From the NCBI GenBank assembly GCA_013239625.1, contig MU053472.1:3197822-3261821 (forward strand): 64,000 nucleotides of DNA, in the 5' to 3' direction. Under the pieces are notes generated by a model, which did no database searches, had not been told where the DNA came from, and saw nothing but the letters and a program-made list of their open reading frames with translations. The stretch comes from Lama guanicoe. Taxonomy: Eukaryota. The position numbers and the translations under genes are program-made. Numbering within the stretch: the stretch's first letter is position 1; each line of letters begins with the position of its first letter. Below, piece after piece: positions 12,136 to 24,482 of this stretch.

Positions 12136-13622
12136 CATCCACTGGCAGCATGTTTGGCATCTCACAAACTACCCGGTAAATAATCACAGTCTAAAAATTA
12201 CGTGTTTATTACTTCCTAGAAGAAAATAAAGGAGCATCTCGAAGTATGAGACTCAGGGGGAAAAAAAAAACCTAAAAAACTCTAGCTCTAAAAGAGGATG
12301 TGAAATCACTTGAAACTCCACAGAAACAATGCATAATAACTTACAAAAGATCATATTTGAGGAATTTATTTGAATCTCATTTACTCCCCGAAACATTGAA
12401 GTTATACTGTTAGTCCCATTTCGGAGATGAGATAATTAGTATTGTATTAATTAGATATTCTAAAAAACTTTATCATGAGAATCAGGTCACTGATTAATTA
12501 CTTTGAATATCTGCCAACTTATACTTCCAGCTATTGCTAATACAATTTGTTTCTTTCTCTAACCATTCATGTTAATACCACAGGGATCAAATTGTCCTAT
12601 GGGTATTTACAAAGGCAGCCTGATTTAATAACCTAGTTTTATTAGCTCTTAAGAACCAGATTTTACATACTCAAGGGCTTAGTGACTCTGTGTGTGTGTG
12701 TGTGTGTGTGTACACATGTATAGTACAATTTCTTAGTTTTTGGTTCTGTGCTTATTACGGATGGGGTTTTGTCTCTATCTGTCTTGTGTTAATATTCTAG
12801 TTTGTTCTTGAGTGCCCCATTCCGTGTCTTACTCAGGAAGCAACTAGTGAGAGCCAGTCAGCACCAAAGCTAGATGTTAGGGATTGAGAGATCAATAAGC
12901 AAAGATCCTTGCTCCCAAGGAATCCAAGAAGAGCCTTATTCATAACTTAAGGTGTTTGAAAAATTATTTTATAAACCACATTAAAGAATTTTTTATAAAT
13001 TTTGAGATGCAATTATTTCTTTGTCAGTCCTAATTACTTCTTTAGCCCTACTATAATACAATGAATATATAATGAATTTTCTCTACATTCTTAAGGTCCT
13101 TTCAATTTCTGAGACATAGCCTGTCCACGTACCCTCACATCTTAACCTCAAACATCTCACATTTTTAAAATAGCTTCTTCCCCTCCACCAAATGATAGCT
13201 CTTCTAGCCCTAGTATCTTTTCAATTTTCTGGTTAATCTTAACTAGGCTGCCCATACCAACTATTTATACTTTCTCTAATATCATCTTCACCTCCACATC
13301 ATAATATGTATGCTTTGTGAAGTATATATCTAAATCTTTACATAAATAAGATCTACGTTCTTGCTGTTCATTATATTTTTATTATCTCTGCCCCAGCTAC
13401 TTATCCTATCAAGGATACAGCATACTTAAGCACAGTATCTGTCTTTTGTCAATTATGTAATATAATTCTTTATCTTTTTAGTATATGGTATCTTGCAAAT
13501 AGCATGCTTAAACAATTTTTTTGTTTTGTTTTGTTCATGGAACAAGTATACCTAAAAAAAAAAATCTTTCTAAGTGTCCTAGCAGTTAAAGAAATAGAAG
13601 AATATCAGTAGATGAAAAACAT

Positions 13623-13742
13623 GGGGGAGGGTATAGTTCAGTGGGAGAGTGCATGCCTAGCATGCATAAGGTCGTGGGTTCAATCCCCAATATTTCCATC
13701 AAAAGTAATTAAATGAACCTAATTACCTCCTCTCCCCAAAAC
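13623..13742 (+). mobile_element. tRNA-derived SINE
   Basis: GGGGGAGGGTATAGTTCAGTGG...GGGTTCAATCCCC plus family tail. Confidence 0.85.
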
Positions 13743-14028
13743 TGGGGGTCTTAAAAATTTGGTGAGCAAATGAAAAACAAACTACAGTTTTTAAAAAGTT
13801 GATATTATTGATAGCAAGAGCACTGACTGCATAAGACAAGACAAAACAAAAAACAAAATCACCACCAACAGTAACAACAACAAAATGTTTAAGGTTAAAA
13901 TTAAAGCCTGTTTGATTTAGGTTTTATATAAATTTCAAAGTCAATAAGAAAGCCAACTTACAAATAAATATATCTAACAAATACTAACATACGGAAGAGC
14001 TGCTTTCTTCTTTTGAAGTACTAGAAGT

Positions 14029-14176
14029 GGGAGGGTGTAGCTCAAATGGTAGAGTGTATGCTTAGCATGCATGAGGTCCTGGGTTCAATCCCTAGTACCT
14101 CCATTAACAACAACAACAACAAAAAAAAACTAATAATAAATAAATAGGCCTAATGCCCCCCCCCCAGATAAATAAA
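14029..14176 (+). mobile_element. tRNA-derived SINE
   Basis: Same head; flanks aagtactagaa / aagcactagaa. Confidence 0.85.
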
Positions 14177-15788
14177 GCACTAGAAAAACTTTCAAACAAC
14201 TACAGTTACAGAAAGCTACCACATGATGGAGAAGGCTATGGCACTTTTTACTAGTTATTGCTTGAATGAAACAATACAAAAAACTGCTTTAAAATGAAAT
14301 GTTGTATCTAGCGAGCAGAAACCATCTAAACTCTTAGAACATCAAAAAAATTTTCAGAGGATTGAAATCTTCAAAGATAAAAAATATTTAGGTACCATCC
14401 TTAGAAATAATGTATTACACAAATGTACCATCCTTGGAAACAGCTTATTATACAACCTAGTGTTTTAATTTCATAAATATATAAGGGTGCTTGGTAAAAA
14501 TTCAGCAAAAAACATGGAGGAAAAACTTACACTTTATACATAAAGAATGCTAAAGTCACTCAAACTTCTGAGCAGTTTTTCCAAGTAATATATATCAGCA
14601 TATCCCAGGCAACAAATATTTGATAAGTGATAGTGTATGAGGGTATGTGAGGTTGTGTATATGTGTGTGTATCTCAGTGAAAGTTGTTCACATAAAATTA
14701 AATATGTATTTTGTTACAGCTAGCTAGCTAGCTGTATAATCTCAGTTGAGAAGACAACAAAGTAATTTAAATTAAATTATTCTGTTTCACAGTCAGTGAC
14801 AGGAGGAAAGATTCTGCATTTTAGAGCTGTAAGAGATTTCTTAGATTACAGTCAAAAGGCATCATATTATAGAACAGCAAGAGTAAGCGATGACAAACAT
14901 AGGAGGATTTGATTTAGGTGAAACTGGAATAGGAAAAGCAGTACCTTCAGACCTGATAACAGAATAAATCATCTCTAAAGTGTCTGAACAATGAGAAGCA
15001 GAACAAAAATTTACACCAAATTCTCCTGATTTATTAGCCCCAATTATATACATAAAAATGGTTCAAAATTATATAAGAAAACATTTTTTTCTCACTAAAT
15101 ATGGATAGTTAAGTTTTTTCATGGAGTTTAGCTTATCATATCCCCTGTCTTATTTTTCAGGGAAAAGAAAACAGTGTTCTCACGGTTACCACAGACTGAT
15201 GATAATCATTTACTCTAAAACGAAGAACAAGGTACCAATCAGCTGTCATTCCTGTCTCTCCTGCTGCTGCTTCTCTGTGAGGTGCTCTAAAAGACATTTC
15301 TACGAGATAGGAATAATTTAAAACTTGAAAAAAGTTAATTTACCTTATTTAAAAAAATCAACACTCATAAGGCTTCGAAGAAGAAATACCAGACGACAGG
15401 TTCAAATCTGCAGAAAAATTACTAAATAGACACATAATCCTCCTCATAAACAAAGGCCAATTTAACAGTTGTTTCATTTTCTCCTTTTCTCTTTCTCTCC
15501 GAGACTAATTAGCATTATACACAGTATGTTCCTTGTTACAAATGCCTTCTTTCAGCTTTGGAACTATAGCATCTTTTGATCACCCACAACTCTGATCTAG
15601 TTTCTCCGTCATGTAGAAGCCAAACACTCTTTGTAACACTTCAGACTAACTAAATAAAAAAAGCGCTTTTAATAAAATAGAAAGAACTATCACAAGTGGA
15701 TGCTACATGTATACTATCTTCACTGTGTGAATCATCATCACTTTCAAAATAAACTGTAAAAGAGACGAATACCTTTTTATATACTTAC

Positions 15789-15831
15789 TGCTGAAAGGCT
15801 GCCATTGTATTCTCCAAATTTTCTCCAGCAC
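15789..15831 (-). CDS. GDPD1: GDPD1 coding exon 2
   Basis: ttttcacag|GTGCTGGAGAAAATTTGGAGAATACAATGGCAGCCTTTCAGCA|gtaagt; 43 nt; continues the frame as GAGENLENTMAAFQH (GDPD 'ENT' motif). Confidence 0.95.
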
Positions 15832-16395
15832 CTGTGAAAATATTACATTGAAATTTCATTTACTGAGCTAATGTGAACATTTTATTTTTCCAGAAATTCA
15901 CTTAAATGAGGCACATCAAGTGAATCATGTTTATATATTATGTAGACATTACAAGTATTTTAAAGAATGTAATGGTAGTTTGAATTGTTTTCAGCTGCAC
16001 CAGGAAGATCAAAACACAGCCACTGCAACGCAGGAGGGTTAGAAGAACCTAAACATGATTTTTTAGCTATGATATCTGTTTGTCATAGAAAAGATAGAAG
16101 ACTTGGTACATACACACCTCCTCAGAGTTAAAATGTCTCTCTTCTGTATCCCCATAGTCTGCTATGAATCTCTTTACTAAGGCATTTATCACATTATAGC
16201 ATAAATTATTTACCCATCTCTCTCCTCCTTTTCCCATGAATTACTTAAAAGGAGTGGCTGTTTTAATCACCTTGGCTGAATGTGGCAAAGAATATATGGA
16301 GGTTCATGTATGACTGAAAAACTGTGCTCTACACTGGAAATTGACACAACATTGTAAACTGGCTATAACTCAATTTAAAAAATTAATTAAAAAAA

Positions 16396-16731
16396 TAAAT
16401 AAATAAATAAATAAATAAATAAAATAAAATAAAATAATCACCTTGGCTGAGGGCAGCTGAAGGTGGGGCTCTGCAGTTGGGATCTCCGCTCCCAAGTCCA
16501 TCAGATACTTGTATGAACTTGGGAAAGTTACCTAACCTCTTTCTGGCAGAGTTTCTTTATCTAAATAAATAAATAAATAAAATAAAATAAAATAAAATAA
16601 AATAATCACCTTGGCTGAGGGCAGCTGAAGGTGGGGCTCTGCAGTTGGGATCTCCGCTCCCAAGTCCATCAGATACTTGTATGAACTTGGGAAAGTTACC
16701 TAACCTCTTTCTGGCAGAGTTTCTTTATCTA
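16396..16731. repeat. tandem duplication, period 168 bp
   Basis: 16435-16563 is identical to 16603-16731; each copy is preceded by a TAAA/TAAAA tract. Confidence 0.92.
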
Positions 16732-19257
16732 TAAGGGTGGGGATAATGATGACACTGATATCATAGGATTAGTGTAATTAAATGAATTAATATGTCAAGG
16801 GCTATATGTCATCAATTCGGAAAATGATAGCTTTTCACTTTTTAACATCTCTGAAGTTAGGGTGCCTTTTACAATAGATGATGTGTAATAGTTTAACTGG
16901 CAAGATTTTCTCTTTCTTAGCAATGCTTTAAAAACAGGCATCTTATAACTTATGACATTAGATTCAATGAAATAGTAAATATTCAGTAAAAGTAAAGGAT
17001 TATTGCCATTTATTATTACTATTGCCATTATTATAGTAACTGGTGCTTCCACTGACTGAAGTAATAAAAACTAGTGTAATGACAAAGAGGACACATAAAA
17101 ACTATCTAATTACCTAACATTATCTAATGTTACATACTAGGCAGAACCAATTAGCACAATATACACTAGCCTTGTGTTTATAGATATTTTAAAACTAAAA
17201 GATTTCAGTATTACTAAATAATTAATGGAATGCTCAGGAAAAATATTTTGGAAAAACAGCCAATTTCTTAACAAAAAGAAGCACTTCAAAATTTAAGGTA
17301 CTGTTCAAGTAATAACATTAATAACATTAAAATGTTTTATATACAATATCATATGAACAGATCTGCAAAAGTATTAAAATTTTCTTCTTTTATATTTTAG
17401 ACATTTATTTTTATGACAACTTAATTAATAACCAATAGAAACACAAGGTATAAAGAAATGAATATACTAACCTAATGTTCTAAAAGTTCCATCAATTTAG
17501 CAGAGAGAAGGGATATTTATGCGAAAAAAAGCTACTTTGATTTTAGGTTCATTTCAGTGACTAAAGTTGACGCACAATAGAAAACAGATGAAGCAAACAT
17601 GGAGATTAAAGCTTTTTTCAAAAGTAAGTGCTCTTTTGAGGTTAAACGACTTTCAAAAATCTAGTCAGTGCTTGTTTTAGTAAAAAATTATGGTAATACG
17701 TTATATACAGATAATCAATATTCAAGAACAAAGTACTCTAGGATCTTACCAAAAAGACAAGTGGTGCTAAAATGGTTATTTACAGGTTAAACTACTGACT
17801 GCTTGTTGTGCCAAAAAGCAAGGAAGTTAAAAGGACAGAGAAGCCAGTTTGAAGGAGCTCTCAATGGCTAAACTCGAGACGATGTTAGCATCAAAATAAT
17901 GATAGTAACAGACTTTAAACCATTGAACAAAATAGGATATTCTGAATCCATTTTAATAAATGGACTGAAAGTTTGATAAGAAATGGAGTGTTTATTAGTT
18001 TCAAAGTACTTTCCTACAAAAACACTCATTACAAAGAGAAAGAGAGTAACTTTACGATGGAAAAGACTAGAAGACTTTCAGAATTGAGTACTCGGCAGAT
18101 ACGTTCTTCAGGTTTAATAAACTGAGTCTGTCCTTAGAAGAAAGTCAAAGTCAATGTCATTAGCTTCTTCAAGCTGACTTATGTGTCCTTTTTTAATTTC
18201 CTTGTTTTTTGGTACAGTAAAAAACCAGTAGTTTAACAAATCAAATTAATTGGAGCAGTTATCTCCAGATGATAAGAATATAAATGATATCTAATATACA
18301 TTTTTCTATACCTTACAAAACCCCCTATAATGACGATGCATTACTTTTTAAAGGAGAGAATCAAAGTTTTAAGCACATTCTGCTCTGTGGAAAAAAATAA
18401 AGGCTAATCCGGCTCAGAATTCAAGCAACTGCCCAAGTGCTTTTTGTCAAGACAATCATCATCACATTTTGGTATGCACCAAGTGTTTTATGTGTACTCC
18501 AAATTTAGTCACACAGAATATTAAAAGTTACGTGTACTCAGGGTTGAACTTTAATAAAACTAGTAATTTTTACTAATACACCAAAGATATTCTTAAGTGA
18601 AACTGCCTTTTTAAAAAAACTTCACGTGCATGACACTGAAGAATACGGTGGCTACTAGTACATTTGGTACCATCATCCTCATTCATGCTAAAGCAACGAC
18701 AGTTTGACCCACTACTGCTTTTGCATCATCAGTGCAAATGTCAACATGGTGAAAAAGGCAAATAATGTCTTATGAAAACAGTTTTGACCTTGTAGACCCA
18801 TGCAAGGTCTCAGGAGCTCTCAGGAGTCCACAGACCATACTTTGGAAACCACTGTCTCAAATAATCAATGATGGTAAAAATCAGAGGATTGGTTACCCCT
18901 GGGGATGGAAGAGGATAGATTAGGGAGGGAACCAAGGGAATCTTACGGGATTCTAGAAATGTTCTATATCATGATCTGAGAAACTGCTACCTGGGTGTAT
19001 ACATATATTTTTTTAAAATATTAAGCTGTGCACTTAAGGTTAGTGCTACAACATCTATGCTATCCCTAAATTAAAAAAAAATGCCTTTAATTCTAAGTCT
19101 TAGAACTTTTATGTTCTAGTACATCCACCTAAACCCTGAGAAGGCTTTCTGCTGCAAGCATTGAGGGAAACATCTGTCTCCCACTACTTGTTTCCACCTA
19201 GTGAAGGAAAATTTCACTCTAGTCTCCAAAAGGGAAAAGAACAGAAAGAACACTTTT

Positions 19258-19887
19258 TTTTTGAGTGAAGGTAGATTTATTCAGAGACATACATTGAAAG
19301 GCAAGAGAAAGGCCATGAGGTGTGGGGACTGGGTGCTCAGATTAAAAGTAGGTACACATTTCATAGACATAATGCAGGCCGTCTCCAAAGAGGGAGAGAG
19401 AGGGGCGGCCGTGAGGCGTGGTGTTGCTGGTGTTTATGGGCTTGGTGGCTTCATATGCTAATAAGTGGAAGGACCAGTCTAAGGGGAAGGGGGTGGGATT
19501 CCTAGGAAGTTGGCCACTTCCCCACTCTTTGACCTTTTGTGACTAGCCTTGGGACTGCCATGGTGCTTGTGGGCGTGTTATTCACCATTTTAATATATTA
19601 CGATGGGCGTATAATGAAGCTCAAGATCTGCCAGAAGTTAAATCTCTCATCATCCTGAGCCTCAAGGCCTAGTGGGGGTGGAATCTTTCACCATTTTGAT
19701 GTTAACTGCTGTGACATTCCTTGAATGGCCGTGCCCTGCCCTCTTCCTGTCTCATTCCCCACCTCAGAGATTTTACTCCCATAATCTTATGGGGTTGCAG
19801 AGGGGCAAAGGTCTGCCTTCTGAAACTGCTTCCAGGCTAAGTAGGGGCATTGACCCTGCCTATCAGGGAGTAAAAATCTCTGACGCT
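19258..19887 (-). mobile_element. processed ERV1-type 3' end (internal tail + PPT + U3-R + polyA)
   Basis: Minus strand: PPT GAGGTGGGGAA (19755-19765), LTR start TGAGACAGG at 19754, AATAAA 19276-19281, A-run 19254-19262. Flanks AAGAACACTTTT (19246-19257) and AAGAAAACTTTT|AA (19888-19899). Confidence 0.72.
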
Positions 19888-20374
19888 AAGAAAACTTTTA
19901 ACCCTTCTTTACTCCCTCGTCTACGCCTCTCTATGGGAGCAGAAGTGACATAGGAGAAAGAGCTGTCTGTCCATCTGTAACTCAACCTTTTAATTTGGAG
20001 TGGCCCACCCTCAAAAGGAACAGAATTTCTGCTCACTTACATAGAGAGTTTTCCAGGGCAGGTCCTGCCAATGCAGGCAAAAGGCTTCCAGTTTTAGTGT
20101 TAAGTTCAATTCAGAGAGGGCACTAAGAGTTCAAGTTCAGCTCTACTGGTTCATACAGTTAATATTTTTCTTTCCATCTTTCTGATGCATGCATTTTATT
20201 CTAAACTGGTTCCAAACTTGGGAAAGGAAAGTAACCAGTGTTACTTATTATTAGCCTTCTCAAATTCCAACAGCAAGGGCTTTCTAATATGCACCTGTTA
20301 GAATATTCCACAAAATAGTGTTCAATAAATATTTATTAAGCTTGAAATGATATATTCATTTAAAAATAATCTGG

Positions 20375-20818
20375 CTAATACTACTCAGCCATAAAAACCA
20401 ACAACATAACGCCATTTGCAGCAACATGGATGCTCCTGGAGAATGTCATTCTAAGTGGAGTAAGCCAGAAAGAGAAAGAAAAATACCATATGAGATTGCT
20501 CATATGTGGAATCTAAAAACAAACAAACAAAGCATAAATGCAAAACAGAAATAGACTCACAGACATAGAATATAAACTTGTGGTTGCCAAGGGGGCAGCG
20601 GATGGGAAGAGATAGACTGGGATTTCAAAATTGTAGAATAGATAAACAAGATTATACTGTATAGCACAGGGAAATATATATAAGATCTTATGGTAGCTCA
20701 CAGAGAAAAAAATGTGGCAATGAATATATATATGTTCATGTATAACTGAAAAATTGTGCTCTACACTGGAATTTGACACAACATTGTAAAATGACTATAA
20801 ATCAATAAAAAAATGTTA
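20375..20818 (+). mobile_element. LINE-1 3' end, same subfamily
   Basis: Matches 25815-26260; TSD AAAAATAATCTGG at 20362-20374 and 20819-20831. Confidence 0.9.
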
Positions 20819-23800
20819 AAAAATAATCTGGGTTAGAAGAATGGGCAGGGATACAGATGAAACAAGACTAGGCACTAGCTGATAATTGTTTGTATCTGGG
20901 TGATGGCATCTTACTACTTTTGCGTATGCTTGAATTGTGCCATAATAAAAAGTTAAAACGATACTTATTGTTTGATCTTTTGGTTTGGGGGAATGGAGTT
21001 AGGAAAAACATAAAATAGAGACTTAGAACTCTGAAATAAATTTCCCAACAGTTAATACAATTTTTACTACTAATATTTACGTTCAAAGTCTACCTGTTTG
21101 TCTTTTGTGACTGCTTTCCATATTAATTTTAACTGTAATTCACTGAAACCTAATAGCTTAGGCATGCAAACATTGCTACTTAAGATCTTTGATCTGCTTT
21201 ACAAGTTTATGAAATTAATAGCCAGTACTAGATAAAACAAAATATTGAAAAGGTGGTGAAGATGTTAACAATTAACAGAAGCCAGACACTGTGCTTAGCA
21301 CTCTATATATTATTTCATTAAAATGCCCATAACCAGGGTAAGTATTACTATTTCCAGGAAGAAAAAAATTAGGTAATGTCACACAGCCAACAAGGGGAAC
21401 TCAGATTCAAGCACAAAGCAGTGTATGACTTATGATCATACCCTTTTTTATCACTAACTATGCTACAGTTTCTATGCTGCCATTCATATAAAACCTTTAT
21501 TTCAGTTTCAGGTAAGTTATTCATACTGATTTCAGTATTCTTGTAATTGTTTGTAAAGCCTGAAGATAAATCCCACAATGATAATACTCACAAATTACTT
21601 GTTACAGTGAAAGTCTGGAGAGTAACTAAGGGACTAATTTAAAAGAATGTCATTCCTCCCCAAGGAATTATTTGGCAATAGCTCTTCTCTTATGAATGGT
21701 TTAAATTTCTTTTCCTTCCAATTATCATCGTATCATTCACAGAGCATGCTTGCCATTAATTTTTCTTTTCCCACAAAAATCAGCTTAATGCCTGGCTTTG
21801 AGAACAACCATTCTACATATAAACAAAAGTTTAATTTTTAATTAGTTAATGAAATTAATTATAAAATGTGGAAGAGACTGAGTATCATAGATTTTACATG
21901 CTGTCCTAATGTAATTTGTTCATAATTTCTCTGCTTATGTCCTCCTGCCTCCATCTTCATCAGCTCATTTTTCACTTCTTTGAGAAAGCTTTATTTCTCA
22001 ATACTATACAAAGCTAATTTACCAATTTTTCACTCTTTGTTATCTTTCACTCTGTTATATAGTGCTTTATAATTACTTTGTGATTGGTTAATTTCTGTTA
22101 GGATAGGAAAAGTAAAAGAAACATACTTTTGTGTCTTTGATTAGACTTACATGCTGTAAAGGAAAGAACTGTCTGTTTAGTTTCCTTTTTATGTTCCAAA
22201 TGTTTTATATACCAATAAACATTCAATAAACATTGTAGACTTGTTTTTTATTTATCTCCAATCACCACTATCATTAATATTTTTGCATACATGCTATATA
22301 TATGTGTGTGCATGCATGTGATGTTTATAAAGCCAATGACAAATGTGACAATGTGCACCAGCCATGAAAGAACAACCTTCAAAATTAAATATTGTCTGAT
22401 ATTGGGAAAGATAGCTTAGTGCAAATAAAACATATCCTAATGTTTGCAGATTTATTCCTATCTCAGTTTAAAATGTAGTTATTCAGTACATCAAGCAGCA
22501 AAGAAATTCCTTCTTCATTTCTAAATTCATTTGTTCATTCAGCATTTAGAATGTGCCTTGGAAAAGTATATATGTTTTCTATATGAGCATAAAGAGCTTG
22601 TAAGAACTAGAGATGATATATACAAAAGATCATTTCTCAATATGAGATCCCTGGGACACTGCAGACTTGTTTCTATATTTCAAGGGAAAAATATTAGTGA
22701 AATTTATACTTGCAGGTATAAGAAAAAAGTAAACACATCAGCAGCACAGAAGGATGATATTCAAGAGGTATACTGATATTGAGGGAGCATTTACCAACTA
22801 ACCACATGTATGCTCTTTTCAATGATAAGTGGCTTTTGTTATATACCTTGTCATAATTTCAATAACTTTTCTATAACAATATTTAATTTTCCTATGTTTG
22901 TATACAGTTTAAGATACATGGCGTATTATGTTATAAATGTATATCTCCATGGCTGAAAATAAGTATGCACATTTTAATTTGCTCTAATAAGCACAAAAAT
23001 ACTACTAAATAAATGATAATTTACTCTTGTTAATTAGATATCAGTAGGAACGAGCAAGCCAGCTGGAAAAAAAGTCTTCACTGACAAGGAAGGAAGAGTT
23101 CCCTGAAAACAGGAAGGAGAGAGAAAAAGAGAAACTGAAGGGAAAGAATTGGAACCCTGATGCTGAGTACGTGTTTCAGGATGCAATTGCAGAATGCTAC
23201 TTCCAGTAATACTCTGAGACTCAGACTGATGCCTCAATTTCCTCCTTGAACAACCGACTAAAATTTAGGGCCCAGAAGCAGCCAGTGTCCACGAGCAATC
23301 CTTAGCCTCACTTAAAAGTATCACCTGCCAAATCAGTCGGTGGCAGGATGCCCAGATTGTGACAGTACTCTACCTTGAGTCCAGGGGTGAAGGATTGGGA
23401 GGAAAGGTAAGGATTTTATCAGTCAGTGATATTTTTTTTTATTCTTTGGCCACTGAACCCTAATAAGCAGATTTGTTTTTAAAAAGCCTGTTTAATTTAA
23501 TTGGACCATAGAGATAGGTCAGAGAGTACCTGAAATAACTTATCAGGTAAGTTATTTCCCTGCTATCCTATCTCTAGTTAACTCAGTAGGCACCTGAAAT
23601 AAATGTATATACAGTATGATTCCAAACGTAGTAAAATATGTACTTAAAGGAAATGCTTCAAAATGTTAACAGAGATTATGTCTAGATAGTTTTAGAAACT
23701 ATTTTTTCTTTTTTCATTTCTATATTTTCCAAATTTTCTACAAGGAACATGAGTTACATATGCAATTGGGAAAGATATTAATAAAATCTATAACTTCATA

Positions 23801-24482
23801 GAGAAATTATGAAATTAATCTTTGAGAGTATTGTTTGCTCTTGATTTAACCCCAAGTATATACCTTTGTCCTACTGGTATTTCATCAATACACTGTAGTT
23901 ACCAAAAGTTCTTTGGTCAAACAGATAAGAAAACACATAGAAAGTATCTAACATGCATTAGATAATTAGCAGACAATAAGCTATTATTTAAAGTGTATGT
24001 TAGGATCTGTACTAGAAGCTAGAGACACAAGCATTAATAAAAGCTGCCCTTGGGGAGCACATAGTCTAGTAAGGGAAGCAGATGTACTAACATATCCTAT
24101 TGTAATATAATGAAATGCAATACAATGTATGATTTAAAGAGGTAAGAACAAAGCAAGCCTACAGCATTTAACTTTTGAAATAGAGTATTTTCTACTTTCC
24201 CCCAAAGAAGTAAGGTAAATGGTCTCTATCTCTAGATAAGGAAACTAAAATTAAGACTTATTCCCAAGGTTAGCTAGTGATAGATCCAAAATCTGACTCA
24301 GGTGATAATGCTTTTATAGGAGACAATACAGTATATATTAAGAGTTTCAAGTTACAGCAACTCAAATGTATATACTTTATACACATATAATGATCAATGT
24401 CTCAGTCTTGGAATGGTCATACATCTGGTTTACATGAAGTATCAGGTGTTTGCAGCTAGGGCAATAAAGATTTAGGCCCAAA

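Noticed and set aside
11930..12229. Four overlapping KKER/FFLS ORFs
   Set aside because: Translations of the (TTTC)n microsatellite.
16264..16731. CRISPR-like repeat-spacer array
   Set aside because: Three copies of a 16-mer are explained by a TSD plus a tandem duplication; the context is eukaryotic with no cas genes.
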